DNA of 64,000 bases from Thermovirgaceae bacterium (GCA_040767805.1 JAXGNU010000007.1:17256-81255), one strand, 5' to 3'; positions 29,258-38,584 are shown, counted from the stretch's first letter. The notes: generated by a model from the sequence alone, not told the origin. Numbers and translations: made by a program.

Positions 29258-31297
29258 ATGACCGAACTGGATAAAAAAATAAACGAGATCTTCCCGGGCC
29301 TGGTGGTCAGAAAGGACCTGACCAAGCTGGTGAAAGGGAACGCCATAGTGCCCAGCTATGTCCTTGAATACCTTCTGGGGCAGTATTGCGCCACCGATGA
29401 CGAGAACACGATCCTGTCAGGGGTGGAGAGGGTAAAAGAGATCCTTGCGAAGCACTACGTCCACCGAAATGAGGCTGCTTTAGTCCGTTCCAGGATCAAA
29501 GAAAAGGGCAGTCATAAAGTTATCGACAAGATAACCGTCGACCTTAACGATAAGACGGGATGCTACGAGGCAGTCTTTTCCAACCTGGGCATCAAGGGTG
29601 TTCTGGTGGACTCTTCGATAGTGAAAAAACACCAGCGACTGCTTGTGGGCGGGGTATGGTGCATTGCCGATATGGAATTCACCCGGTCGGAGGATCCACG
29701 GATAGTCCCTTGGATCATGGGGACCCTGAAGCCGATACAGGTCTCACATTTCGATATAGAAAAATTCATTGAGGGAAGAAAGCAATTCTCCACCGAGGAA
29801 TGGATCGACTTTATCATCCAGACCATCGGCTTCAATCCCGAACAACTTAGCCAGAGGAACAAGATGTTCCAGATAACCCGGCTTGTCTGTTACTGTGAGC
29901 GAAACTACAACCTCTTGGAACTCGGACCAAAGGGAACAGGGAAGTCCCACCTCTTTTCGGAATTTTCACCCCACGGCATCCTGATATCCGGCGGAGAAGT
30001 CACCGTTGCGAAACTTTTTGTCAACAACACTACGGGAAAGATCGGTCTTGTAGGTTACTGGGATTCCGTCGCTTTCGATGAGTTCGCCGGGATGCGGAAG
30101 AAAGTGGATAAAAGCCTAGTAGATATCCTAAAAAACTACATGGCCAACAAATCCTTTTCCAGGGGGACCGAGACCCTGGGGGCGGAAGCATCTATGGCTT
30201 TCCTTGGCAACACAAAAAGATCCGTGCCCTACATGCTCAAACACAGCGACCTCTTCGATGAACTGCCTGAAAAATACAGGGACACGGCTTTCCTGGACCG
30301 GTTGCACTGTTACATCCCCGGTTGGGAAGTCGATATTCTTCGTGGCGAACTCTTTACGTCGGGATACGGTTTCATCGTCGACTACTTCGCAGAGATCCTC
30401 AAATATTTCAGAAATGAGGACTATTCTCTTGATTACAATAAATATTTTGAACTTAACAATTCTATAGCCCAAAGAGACCTGGATGGAATTAAAAAAACTT
30501 TCTCGGGTCTTATGAAGATCCTTTACCCCGGGAGGGACTGCTCAAAGGAAGAAATACAGAGATTGCTAGCATACGCCATTGAGGGCCGAAAACGGGTTAA
30601 GGGACAGCTCCTCAGAATGGACGAGACATACATCCCTGTTGTGTTCAGTTTTACCGATAAGGAGAAAGGTAAAGAATACATAGTGAAAACCCTGGAAGAA
30701 AACCAGTACCCGGAGTTTTTCGGGCCTTCGCAGGATGAAAGAGAAGAGGCTACTCCGGCAGACGTACCAGATCCTGAACCAGTAGCGATCAAAAAAGAGT
30801 TGAAGTCGGGCAAACATATCCAGGTGATGGAGAACCAAAAAGGGATCAGTTTCGAAAAACTATTCGCAGATTACCTTAGAGGTGCTGCTTCCATAACCAT
30901 CCAGGATCCATATATCAGGTATTTCTATCAGGCGAAAAACCTGAGTGAACTCATCCAGCTAGTTATTAGGATCAAACCCGTTGGGGAAGAGGTCGACGTC
31001 AAACTTGTTACAAAACGTGATGACTCAGGCACAAGCAACCAGGAAGAGCTGCTTAACAGATTGCAGGAGAATCTCGAAGGGTCAGGGGTCAACTTCTCCT
31101 ACGTATGCGATGAAAGCAACACCCTCCACGACAGATACATAACCACGGATACGGGCTGGAAGATAATCCTGGGCCGTGGTCTGGACCTGTTCCAGCCGTA
31201 TGATTACAAGGACGCCTTCTCTCTCCCCAACAACATCCAGGAAGAAAGACTCTGCAAGGCTTTCGAGGTGACGTATATCAGGAAGACCGAAACATAG
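29258..31297 (+). CDS. brxL: BrxL AAA+ protein with C-terminal MITD1-like PLD-fold domain instead of Lon protease
   Basis: VVRKDL, PSYVLEYLLGQYC, ELGPKGTGKSH, AFDEFA, AFLDRLH. C-terminus has I.DPYIR...LHDRYI.TDTGWKIILGRGLD.FQ. Confidence 0.9.
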   Translation: MTELDKKINEIFPGLVVRKDLTKLVKGNAIVPSYVLEYLLGQYCATDDENTILSGVERVKEILAKHYVHRNEAALVRSRIKEKGSHKVIDKITVDLNDKTGCYEAVFSNLGIKGVLVDSSIVKKHQRLLVGGVWCIADMEFTRSEDPRIVPWIMGTLKPIQVSHFDIEKFIEGRKQFSTEEWIDFIIQTIGFNPEQLSQRNKMFQITRLVCYCERNYNLLELGPKGTGKSHLFSEFSPHGILISGGEVTVAKLFVNNTTGKIGLVGYWDSVAFDEFAGMRKKVDKSLVDILKNYMANKSFSRGTETLGAEASMAFLGNTKRSVPYMLKHSDLFDELPEKYRDTAFLDRLHCYIPGWEVDILRGELFTSGYGFIVDYFAEILKYFRNEDYSLDYNKYFELNNSIAQRDLDGIKKTFSGLMKILYPGRDCSKEEIQRLLAYAIEGRKRVKGQLLRMDETYIPVVFSFTDKEKGKEYIVKTLEENQYPEFFGPSQDEREEATPADVPDPEPVAIKKELKSGKHIQVMENQKGISFEKLFADYLRGAASITIQDPYIRYFYQAKNLSELIQLVIRIKPVGEEVDVKLVTKRDDSGTSNQEELLNRLQENLEGSGVNFSYVCDESNTLHDRYITTDTGWKIILGRGLDLFQPYDYKDAFSLPNNIQEERLCKAFEVTYIRKTET

Positions 31298-31560
31298 AAA
31301 AGAGAGTAAAACCATGGTCCAAGGCAGACCTTGAGGATGGTTAAACCCGGGGGCAGAGAGGTCAGGGGCCGCAAATAGAGGATCGGGAATCGAAAGAGCC
31401 GAGACTAAGTCCTTCCGTCCATAGTGGGTTTGCACTACTGGGCTACGTAATCCTGGGAATCCCTGAGGAATAGCGATATGGAATGTTTCGTACTGCCCTA
31501 GTTGAAGACCCGCCGCCGGACCCTTTGTCCGTCATTACTGTTGATTCCGGAGAGAAGACC

Positions 31561-32052
31561 ATGGAGCCAGTCCGTTTCACAGCCATAGGGAAGATCAGGA
31601 CGCCCTTCACGTCGAGGGAGGGGACGCCCATCCAGCCAACGGGGGCCGAGGGGGTGCTGGGAAGGGTCGAAGTGGACGAGGCCTTCCGCGAAGGGATCCG
31701 CGACCTGGAGGGTTTCTCCCATGTCATCCTCCTTTACCACTTTCACCTCTCGGAAGGTTTTGACCTCGCCGTGAAGCCCTTCCTGGACGGCACGGTCCGA
31801 GGCCTTTTCGCCACGAGGGCGCCGAGGCGGCCCAACGCCGTCGGGCTCTCGGTGGTGAGGCTGGTATCCATCGAGGGAAGCACCCTCGTCGTCGAGGGCG
31901 TCGATATGCTGGATGGAACGCCGCTGCTCGATATCAAGCCCTTCGTCCCGGAGTTCGATGCCCCTCAGGTTGATGTCCGAACAGGGTGGCTTGAGGGCAA
32001 GGCCGATAAGGCCCGGGAGGCGAGGGCCGACAAACGTTTTTTCAAGGACTGA
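31561..32052 (+). CDS. tsaA: TsaA/TrmO (YaeB)-family SAM-binding protein, copy 1 (163 aa)
   Basis: IG.IRTP, P.QP, LEGFSH..LLYHFH, GLFATRAPRRPN..GLS, GVDMLDGTPLLDIKP. Confidence 0.88.
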   Translation: MEPVRFTAIGKIRTPFTSREGTPIQPTGAEGVLGRVEVDEAFREGIRDLEGFSHVILLYHFHLSEGFDLAVKPFLDGTVRGLFATRAPRRPNAVGLSVVRLVSIEGSTLVVEGVDMLDGTPLLDIKPFVPEFDAPQVDVRTGWLEGKADKAREARADKRFFKD

Positions 32053-32229
32053 CGGCCGCTTCCTGGCACTTGACCTGGAACAGGATTTACACGATGGCCC
32101 TCTTCGGGATCCACTTTTTCTTTTTCGGAAGGACACCCGGCCTTTCGGGGAAAAGGTTGAGCGCCTGGTGAGGTATTGAGGCGGGATTGGGTTCTTTCGC
32201 TGTCCAGCCACAGCAATGAAACCGTCAAC

Positions 32230-32258
32230 TTGCGATTGATTATCAATAGTGTTAGCAT
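32230..32258 (+). promoter_or_regulatory. sigma70-type promoter with palindrome ATTGAT-T-ATCAAT in the spacer
   Basis: TTGCGA-N17-TAGCAT, ending about 10 nt before the riboswitch. Confidence 0.55.
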
Positions 32259-32268
32259 CGGTGCATAA

Positions 32269-32366
32269 CTCCTCCGAGCCTCTCCTTCTAAGGGGATGGA
32301 CCTATGAAGGAAGGCCGAAAGGGTGTCGCTGGAAACGGCGGCGCCTCCCGTGTTTGGGAAGGAGGG
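32269..32366 (+). ncRNA. Moco RNA motif riboswitch, P3-less (Tuco-type) variant 1
   Basis: CTCCGAGCC...CTAAG...TATG...GGCCGAAAGGG...CTGGAAACGG...GCCTCCCGTGTTTGGGAAGGAG. Precedes modABC. Confidence 0.85.
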
Positions 32367-32382
32367 GCCGCTTTCGCTACGC

Positions 32383-32418
32383 GTGCCCTCTTCCTGTGAC
32401 CGGGTGGAGGGCATTTTT
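32383..32418 (+). terminator. riboswitch expression-platform terminator
   Basis: GTGCCCTC...GAGGGCAT followed by TTTT, between the aptamer and the modA SD. Confidence 0.7.
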
Positions 32419-32436
32419 AATGGAGGTGTAAGGATC

Positions 32437-33219
32437 ATGAGGAAATTAGCGACGGCAATGCTGCTCTTGGTCTTGTCATTACCCCTTTTTTTCGTCACTC
32501 CGTCCCTCGCCGCTGAGGAGCCCCTGGTGGTTTATTGCGGGGCGGGCCTGATGAAACCAATGGACGAGATCAAGGAAACCTTTGAGCAGGAGACGGGGAT
32601 GCCTGTAAGGATGATCTATGCCGGTTCCGGCGAACTTTTCGGCATGATATCCACAAGGCAGGAGGGCGACGTCTACATCCCGGGCGATATCAAGTACACC
32701 ATGGACGCGCTGGAAAAGGGCATATCCATCGAGGACGGCATGGAGACGATATGCTATCACGTTCCGGTCATCCTCGTTCCAGCGGGGAACCCGGGAAAGG
32801 TCAATTCCCTCGAGGACCTCGGCAAGGAAGGCATCAGGGTGGCGCTGGCCGATGAGAAGGCGGCGGCCATCGGGAATGTGACCATCGCCCTTCTGAAGAA
32901 GAACAATATCCTGGACCAGGTCCTTAAAAATGTCGTGACGAAACCGAGCACCACCAATCAGCTGTTGATCTACACCGCTACAGCCCAGGTGGATGCGACC
33001 ATAGCCTGGGAAGACCAGGCCCTCTGGGCCGAGGGCAAGGGGAAGATTGAAGTGGTACGGATACCCTCCGAACAGAACCTGATTAAGACGATCCCTGCCT
33101 CGGTGGTTACCTATACCAAGCGGCTGGAAGACGCGAAGGCCTTTATTCGCTACATAACTACCGAAGAGAGCAAAGCGGTCTGGAATAACTGGGGTTTCCC
33201 GATAGAGAAGCCCCAATAG
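32437..33219 (+). CDS. modA: molybdate/tungstate ABC transporter substrate-binding protein
   Basis: Signal peptide, YCGAGL, YAGSG.L, AAIG. In operon with ModB/ModC-like genes. Confidence 0.85.
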   Translation: MRKLATAMLLLVLSLPLFFVTPSLAAEEPLVVYCGAGLMKPMDEIKETFEQETGMPVRMIYAGSGELFGMISTRQEGDVYIPGDIKYTMDALEKGISIEDGMETICYHVPVILVPAGNPGKVNSLEDLGKEGIRVALADEKAAAIGNVTIALLKKNNILDQVLKNVVTKPSTTNQLLIYTATAQVDATIAWEDQALWAEGKGKIEVVRIPSEQNLIKTIPASVVTYTKRLEDAKAFIRYITTEESKAVWNNWGFPIEKPQ

Positions 33220-33225
33220 GCAGTT

Positions 33226-34011
33226 ATGAGCAACAAGATCTTCAAGGCAGCCCTGGGGGGAGCGACGGTCCTGTTCTCGGGGCTCCTCATCTGGGCGATC
33301 CTTTCCCTTATCCTGATGCCCGAGGTGTCGGAGTTCGTCGAGAGCACTCTTTCCGAGGAGATGCTCTACAGCATAAAGCTGTCGCTTTTCACCAGCCTGA
33401 TCTCCGTGGCGCTGGTGATGGTGCTCGCCGTTTCGATAGGTTACGTGCTGGCCCGATTCACCTTTCCGGGGCATAACCTCCTGAGAACCATTGTCGACCT
33501 GCCCATGGCGTTCCCTGAGCTGGTCTTGGGGCTGTGCCTCCTTCTACTTTTCGGTCATACTCCTTTCGGGAAGTGGCTTCAGTCGATGGGTGTGAACGTG
33601 GTTTTCAGCAAGTATTCCATCGTCGTCGCCCAGGTCTTCACGGCCGCGCCCTATGCCATCAGGGTCGTCTACGGTACCTTCCGGGGGATCAGCCCGAGGT
33701 ACGAGATGGTCGCCCGGAGCCTGGGCTGCGGATTGCTGGGCAGTTTTTTAAGGGTCTCCGTCCCCATGGCGAAGGGCGGCCTTTTCGCCGCCGCGGTCAT
33801 AGCCTTCGCGCGGTGCATGGGGTGCTTCGGGACGGTGCTTATCCTGGCGGGGGGTACCCGGATGTACACCGAGACCCTCCCCATAACGCTCTATCTGAAT
33901 ATCTCCTACGGCAACCTGGCGATGGCCATGTCTTCGGGGATCATCCTGATCTTCATATCCCTGGGGGCCATTATCGTATTCGAGGTCCTGAACCAGGAGG
34001 TGGTCCTGTAG
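33226..34011 (+). CDS. modB: molybdate/tungstate ABC permease
   Basis: DLPMAFP..V.G..LL, EMVARSLG (EAA loop), T.TLP..LY. Confidence 0.85.
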   Translation: MSNKIFKAALGGATVLFSGLLIWAILSLILMPEVSEFVESTLSEEMLYSIKLSLFTSLISVALVMVLAVSIGYVLARFTFPGHNLLRTIVDLPMAFPELVLGLCLLLLFGHTPFGKWLQSMGVNVVFSKYSIVVAQVFTAAPYAIRVVYGTFRGISPRYEMVARSLGCGLLGSFLRVSVPMAKGGLFAAAVIAFARCMGCFGTVLILAGGTRMYTETLPITLYLNISYGNLAMAMSSGIILIFISLGAIIVFEVLNQEVVL

Positions 34012-35118
34012 GTGGACCTGCTCTCGGTAAGGAACCTTTCCGTTGACCTGGGCAACTTCAGCCTCAAGGATATCTCCTTCGGGGTCCCTGAAGGCTCCTA
34101 CTGTTGCCTGCTGGGCGCTTCAGGCGCGGGGAAGACCGTGCTTTTGGAGACGATAATAGGCGCCTTCCACCCCAAACAGGGAAAGGTCTTCCTCAGGGGC
34201 AAAGACGTAACCGCGTGGCCGCCGGAAAAGAGGAGGCTGGGGATCGTCTACCAGGACTATATGCTTTTCCCCCACCTGGATGTCCGGGGCAACATCGCCT
34301 TCGGGCTTAAGGGCCAGGGATTGACAACCGACCAGATCGATCTCAGGGTCATCAAGATCTCCAGGCAGCTCGAAATTGAAGACCTCCTTGAGAGGGATGT
34401 CGCCACTCTCTCGGGAGGGGAACAGCAGCGTTGCGCCCTGGCGAGGGCCCTCGTGACCGAACCGGAGATCCTGCTGCTCGATGAGGCTTTCAGCGCCCTT
34501 GACGTGAATACCAGGGAAAGGCTTCGCATGATGATGGCCAGGGTCGTCCGTGAGATCGGCATCACCGTTCTGCATGTAACCCATGACCGGGAAGATGTAT
34601 GGGCCCTGGCCACCCACGTGGCTGTCATCAACGACGGCGAAATGCTCCAACACGGGACTCCTGAAGACCTTTTCAGGCGCCCAAGGCCGGGGTACGTGGC
34701 CAGCCTGATGGGCGCTGGCAACATCCTTACCGGGAAGGTAGTCAGCGAGACCGGCGCCGACCTCGGTGTCGTCCTTGCCAATGGGAGCCGGCTTTATTCG
34801 ACGGAGAACCTGGTTATGGGGAGCGATGTAACCCTGTCGATAAGGCCGGAGGATATCATAGTTGCCAGGGAAGAGTCGGTCACCTCGGCCAGGAACAGGG
34901 TACCCGTCACCCTTTCAGAGATAAAACGGCGGGGGCCGCTGACCTGGCTGACAGGCAGGTCAGGGGACCTTGAACTCGTTGCGGTGGTCACCGCGAGCGG
35001 CTATGAATCCCTGGACGCTTCCCTGGGGGATAGGTGTTTTTTCATCTTCAAGGCCAGTTCTCTCTGCTTGATCGAGGATAGTTCTCAAGCAGTGGGGATG
35101 GAATCTAATATTCCGTAA
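34012..35118 (+). CDS. modC: molybdate/tungstate ABC ATPase with TOBE domains
   Basis: GASGAGKT, LSGGEQQR, LLLDE, and C-terminal TSARN...FKAS TOBE. Confidence 0.88.
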   Translation: MDLLSVRNLSVDLGNFSLKDISFGVPEGSYCCLLGASGAGKTVLLETIIGAFHPKQGKVFLRGKDVTAWPPEKRRLGIVYQDYMLFPHLDVRGNIAFGLKGQGLTTDQIDLRVIKISRQLEIEDLLERDVATLSGGEQQRCALARALVTEPEILLLDEAFSALDVNTRERLRMMMARVVREIGITVLHVTHDREDVWALATHVAVINDGEMLQHGTPEDLFRRPRPGYVASLMGAGNILTGKVVSETGADLGVVLANGSRLYSTENLVMGSDVTLSIRPEDIIVAREESVTSARNRVPVTLSEIKRRGPLTWLTGRSGDLELVAVVTASGYESLDASLGDRCFFIFKASSLCLIEDSSQAVGMESNIP

Positions 35119-35131
35119 AAGGGAAGATATC

Positions 35132-35623
35132 ATGGATCCTATAAAGTATTCGGCCATCGGGATCATCAGGACCCCCTACAGGTCGAGGGAGGGGACGCCC
35201 GTACAGCCTCCTGGGGCCGGGGGGGTCCTGGGTCGGGTCGAGGTGGATGAAGCTTTTAGGGACGGGCTTAAAGACCTGGAGGGGTTCTCCCACCTGATCC
35301 TTCTTTATCATTTCCATCGTTCTGAGGGTTTCGAACTCACGGTAAAACCTTTCCTGGATCAGGCCGTTCACGGCCTTTTCGCGACCAGGGCTCCCAGAAG
35401 GCCAAACGGGATAGGCCTTTCGGTTGTGAGGCTCGTAACGATGATTAAGGGAGTCCTCGTCGTCGAGGGCGTCGACATGCTGGATGGGACGCCGCTGCTC
35501 GACATCAAGCCCTTCGTCCCGGAGTTCGACGCCCCTCGGGATGAGGTCCGCGTAGGGTGGCTCGAGGGCAAGGCCGTTAACGCCCGGGAGGCGAGGGCCG
35601 ACAAGCGATTTTACGAAGACTGA
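35132..35623 (+). CDS. tsaA: TsaA/TrmO (YaeB)-family SAM-binding protein, copy 2 (163 aa)
   Basis: Same motifs and length as copy 1. Starts 13 bp after modC. Confidence 0.88.
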   Translation: MDPIKYSAIGIIRTPYRSREGTPVQPPGAGGVLGRVEVDEAFRDGLKDLEGFSHLILLYHFHRSEGFELTVKPFLDQAVHGLFATRAPRRPNGIGLSVVRLVTMIKGVLVVEGVDMLDGTPLLDIKPFVPEFDAPRDEVRVGWLEGKAVNAREARADKRFYED

Positions 35624-35669
35624 CGGCCGCTTAAGGTGTCGGTCCTTGTCCCGACCGAACGGTGGGAAG

Positions 35670-35707
35670 AAAAAGATCTCCCGACCTCGAGGTCGGGAGA
35701 TCTTTTT
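35670..35707. terminator. bidirectional terminator; perfect 38-bp palindrome
   Basis: AAAAAGATCTCCCGACC-TCGA-GGTCGGGAGATCTTTTT between convergent genes. Confidence 0.85.
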
Positions 35708-35794
35708 GGACATGCCGAAGGCCCGTTCTGAAGCTAGGCGGTTGGGTTGCCGTCGCCGGTGCGCGGGACCTCCCTGCGACTTAAGCCGGCCTTC

Positions 35795-38584
35795 CTACGA
35801 TCCTAGGCCCGCCAGGATCTTTTGAGGGTCGGCAGGCAGCCGGGTTACGCGGACCCCCGTGGCATTGTAGACGGCGTTCAGTATAGCAGCGTGGGGCGAC
35901 GTGAGCGGAGCTTCCCCTGTCCCGGAAGCGCCGAAGGGGCCGAATTCCCTGGGGGTCTCCATGTGGATCAACTGCATCTTGTCGGGTATATCCATGGGGT
36001 AGGGGAATCCGCAGGAAACCAGGTTCGTGTGCTTTCTCACATCCTCGAAGTCCTCCGTCAGGGCAAGGCCTATCCCCTGCGCGATGCCGCCGATAAGCTG
36101 GCCCTCAACGATGGTGTAATTGTTTATCTTGCCCACGTCACTTACCAGGGTAAACTTTTCCACCTTGGTTTCGCCCGTTTCCACGTCAACGGCCACTTCG
36201 GCCATGAAAAGGCCGAACATGTGGTTTGCGACAGGATAGCCTTGGCCTGTCTTGTCGTCGGGCGGCGTGCAATGCTGTATCTCCCCGTCGAGGTTACGGA
36301 GCGTGGCCTTCCAGTAACCCTCATAAAAGGTGGGGATCCCCTCCTCGACCATCTCCTCGTAGGTCCGGAAGGTCCCGTCAGGGCGGGCCATGGCCTCCAG
36401 CAACTGGTTGCAGCTGTCGATAATGGCGTTACCGACCATGATCTGGCTCCGGCTGGCCGCCGCGGCTCCGCTATTGGGAGCTTTGGCGGTGTCATTGCAG
36501 ACCAGCTTTATCTGTTCGGGCCTGATGCCGAGGGGTTTAAGGGCCTCATGGGCCGTTCCCACGCATCCTATGTCGGCGCCCTGCCCGTGATCCTCCCAGG
36601 TGTTGTAGAGGACGACCCCGTCCTTTGTCAGCTCGATGCTGCTCCTGGCCTCGTCGGGCCCTACGGAGTTGGCGTTGTAGATGCCTATGGCAACTCCTAC
36701 GCCCCGTTTTACGCGTTCCGTCGATAGTGCCGCGGCACGTTTTTTGGCCTCCCCGTACAGGGGTTTCAACCTGGTGATCATGGCCAGCAACGGGTAGATC
36801 TCGGGCTTTTGCCCTACGGGCATGGTGTCCCCGGGGCGCATGACGTTCTTCTCTCTGAACTCCAGGGGGTCCATGCCGACCTTTTCCGCGAGCATGTCAA
36901 TGGCGATCTCCCCGGCGAAATAGGTCTGGGGGGCGCCATAAGCACGGAAGGCCCCGCACCATTTGTGGTTCGTGAAGTGGGTGTAGCCGCAGCCCCTGAA
37001 GTTCTCCACCCTGTAAGGGGCGCAGAAGAAAAGTCCGCCCATGTTTGTCAGCTTCTCGCTGGCTTCCGAGAAGGGGCCGTGATCGACGTGCCAGTAATGC
37101 TCGGCACCGATGATCCTGCCCTCCTCGTCCGCCCCGATCTTCACCCGCATGAGGAAGGGTGACCGCTTGGGAGTCCTGATTATATGCTCCTTCATGTCCA
37201 GACGCATGTAGACGGGGAGCCCGGTGGCGATGACGCAGGCGCCGATGAGATGCTCGTTGGTGACGGCCACTTTGTACCCGAAGGTAGCGCCGGTATTGTT
37301 CTGAATGACACGGATCTTGGAGGGCGGCACTCCCAGGCCTCTGGCGATCATCATCTGGTGGGCGTAGATCATGATGCTCTTGCTCTGGATCGTAACACGC
37401 CCTTCCTCGTCGTAATAACCGAAGCCGCAGTCCGTCTCTATGGTCAGGTGAGGCTGGCGGGAGCTCAGGAATTCCTCTTCGACCACGAAGGGCGACTTTT
37501 CGAGGAGCGGGGCGGGGTCCTCACCCTTGATGAAGGGACGTTTATTGAAACAGTTGGGCATCCCGTCGATACCTTCGATCTCGTCGTAAACCTTCGGGGC
37601 GTCCTTTTTCATCGCTTCCATGACGCTCATTACCGGAGTCAGTTCCTCAAGCTCGACGCGGATCATTTCCGCCGCGGCCCTTGCTTCCTTTTCCGTCGAT
37701 GCGCAGACTATCGCCACAGCTTCACCCCACTGGCGGATCTTGTCCCCTTCGGGGACTAGGATCCGTCTCTCCCACCCGTCGGTGCTGGTCGTCTCGGAGC
37801 CAACCTGGCCGCGGATGCGGTTGGTACCCTTGTTGGCAAAGATATCCTCAGCGGTGACGATCTTGTGTACGCCGGGCATTTTCTCAGCTTCGGAGAGGTC
37901 AATGGACTTCACTAATGCGTGGTGGGTCTCCGGGCAGACTGGTACGGCGAACAAGGTGCCCTCGGGCAATTTCAGCTTAACGTCGTCGCCGAAGTCAAAG
38001 GTTCCTGTAGCCTTGTAAACGGCGTTAGGCCTTGGATATCTTGTGCCCCAGACGGAGCCATCCTTTCCGAGCAGTTCCGAAAAGTCTGTCATCTCTTCTT
38101 CACCGCGCAGTACCTTGGCCGCCAGCATCACCGCGTCGGTTATTTGGATGTATCCCGTACAGCGGCAGGCATTCCGGTTCTTTTGGAACCACTCCCTGAC
38201 ATCATCACGGCTGGGGTTAGGATTATTGTCCAAAAGGGCCTTGGCGCTCATTATAAAACCCGGTGTGCAGAACCCGCACTGGATAGCCCCCGTTTTAATA
38301 AAGGCCCATTGCAGTGCGTGGAGTTTTCCTGGGGCCCCCAGCCCTTCAATGGTGAGGATCGCCGCATCCTCGGGAACGGTGCTCCATTTAACAATGCAGG
38401 AACGGACCAGCTTTCCGTTCATCAACACGTTACAGGCACCGCACTGGCCGACCCCGCATCCTACCTTCGTCCCCGTCAGCCCCAATTGATCTCTTATCAC
38501 TGTGGAAAGGAACGTGTCAGGGTAAGCGACAACGTTCGATGGCACACCGTTCACAATAATGCGCTTTCTCGTCGCCTGCTTCAT
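35795..38584 (-). CDS. Mop-type molybdopterin aldehyde oxidoreductase (xanthine oxidase family), paralog 1
   Basis: Two 2Fe-2S motifs (GCGVGQCGAC, QCGFCTPG, CRCTGY), FGYK, AFRAYGAPQ, GQG, ASR.Q, catalytic GE in GASGTGEAP. Confidence 0.93.
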   Translation of the reverse strand: MKQATRKRIIVNGVPSNVVAYPDTFLSTVIRDQLGLTGTKVGCGVGQCGACNVLMNGKLVRSCIVKWSTVPEDAAILTIEGLGAPGKLHALQWAFIKTGAIQCGFCTPGFIMSAKALLDNNPNPSRDDVREWFQKNRNACRCTGYIQITDAVMLAAKVLRGEEEMTDFSELLGKDGSVWGTRYPRPNAVYKATGTFDFGDDVKLKLPEGTLFAVPVCPETHHALVKSIDLSEAEKMPGVHKIVTAEDIFANKGTNRIRGQVGSETTSTDGWERRILVPEGDKIRQWGEAVAIVCASTEKEARAAAEMIRVELEELTPVMSVMEAMKKDAPKVYDEIEGIDGMPNCFNKRPFIKGEDPAPLLEKSPFVVEEEFLSSRQPHLTIETDCGFGYYDEEGRVTIQSKSIMIYAHQMMIARGLGVPPSKIRVIQNNTGATFGYKVAVTNEHLIGACVIATGLPVYMRLDMKEHIIRTPKRSPFLMRVKIGADEEGRIIGAEHYWHVDHGPFSEASEKLTNMGGLFFCAPYRVENFRGCGYTHFTNHKWCGAFRAYGAPQTYFAGEIAIDMLAEKVGMDPLEFREKNVMRPGDTMPVGQKPEIYPLLAMITRLKPLYGEAKKRAAALSTERVKRGVGVAIGIYNANSVGPDEARSSIELTKDGVVLYNTWEDHGQGADIGCVGTAHEALKPLGIRPEQIKLVCNDTAKAPNSGAAAASRSQIMVGNAIIDSCNQLLEAMARPDGTFRTYEEMVEEGIPTFYEGYWKATLRNLDGEIQHCTPPDDKTGQGYPVANHMFGLFMAEVAVDVETGETKVEKFTLVSDVGKINNYTIVEGQLIGGIAQGIGLALTEDFEDVRKHTNLVSCGFPYPMDIPDKMQLIHMETPREFGPFGASGTGEAPLTSPHAAILNAVYNATGVRVTRLPADPQKILAGLGS

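Larger units (their letters stand above)
8932..31400. other. tRNA-Leu-adjacent defence island (no integrase seen)
   Basis: Visible drop in GC/GC3 after the tRNA, and a co-oriented run of sbcCD, darT/NADAR, IS21 and BREX. The right boundary is approximate. Confidence 0.65.

Noticed and set aside
35670..35707. Perfect 38-bp palindrome as an SbcCD target or mobile element end
   Set aside because: The A/T tails and position between convergent genes explain it as a bidirectional terminator, and it is short for cruciform-driven instability.
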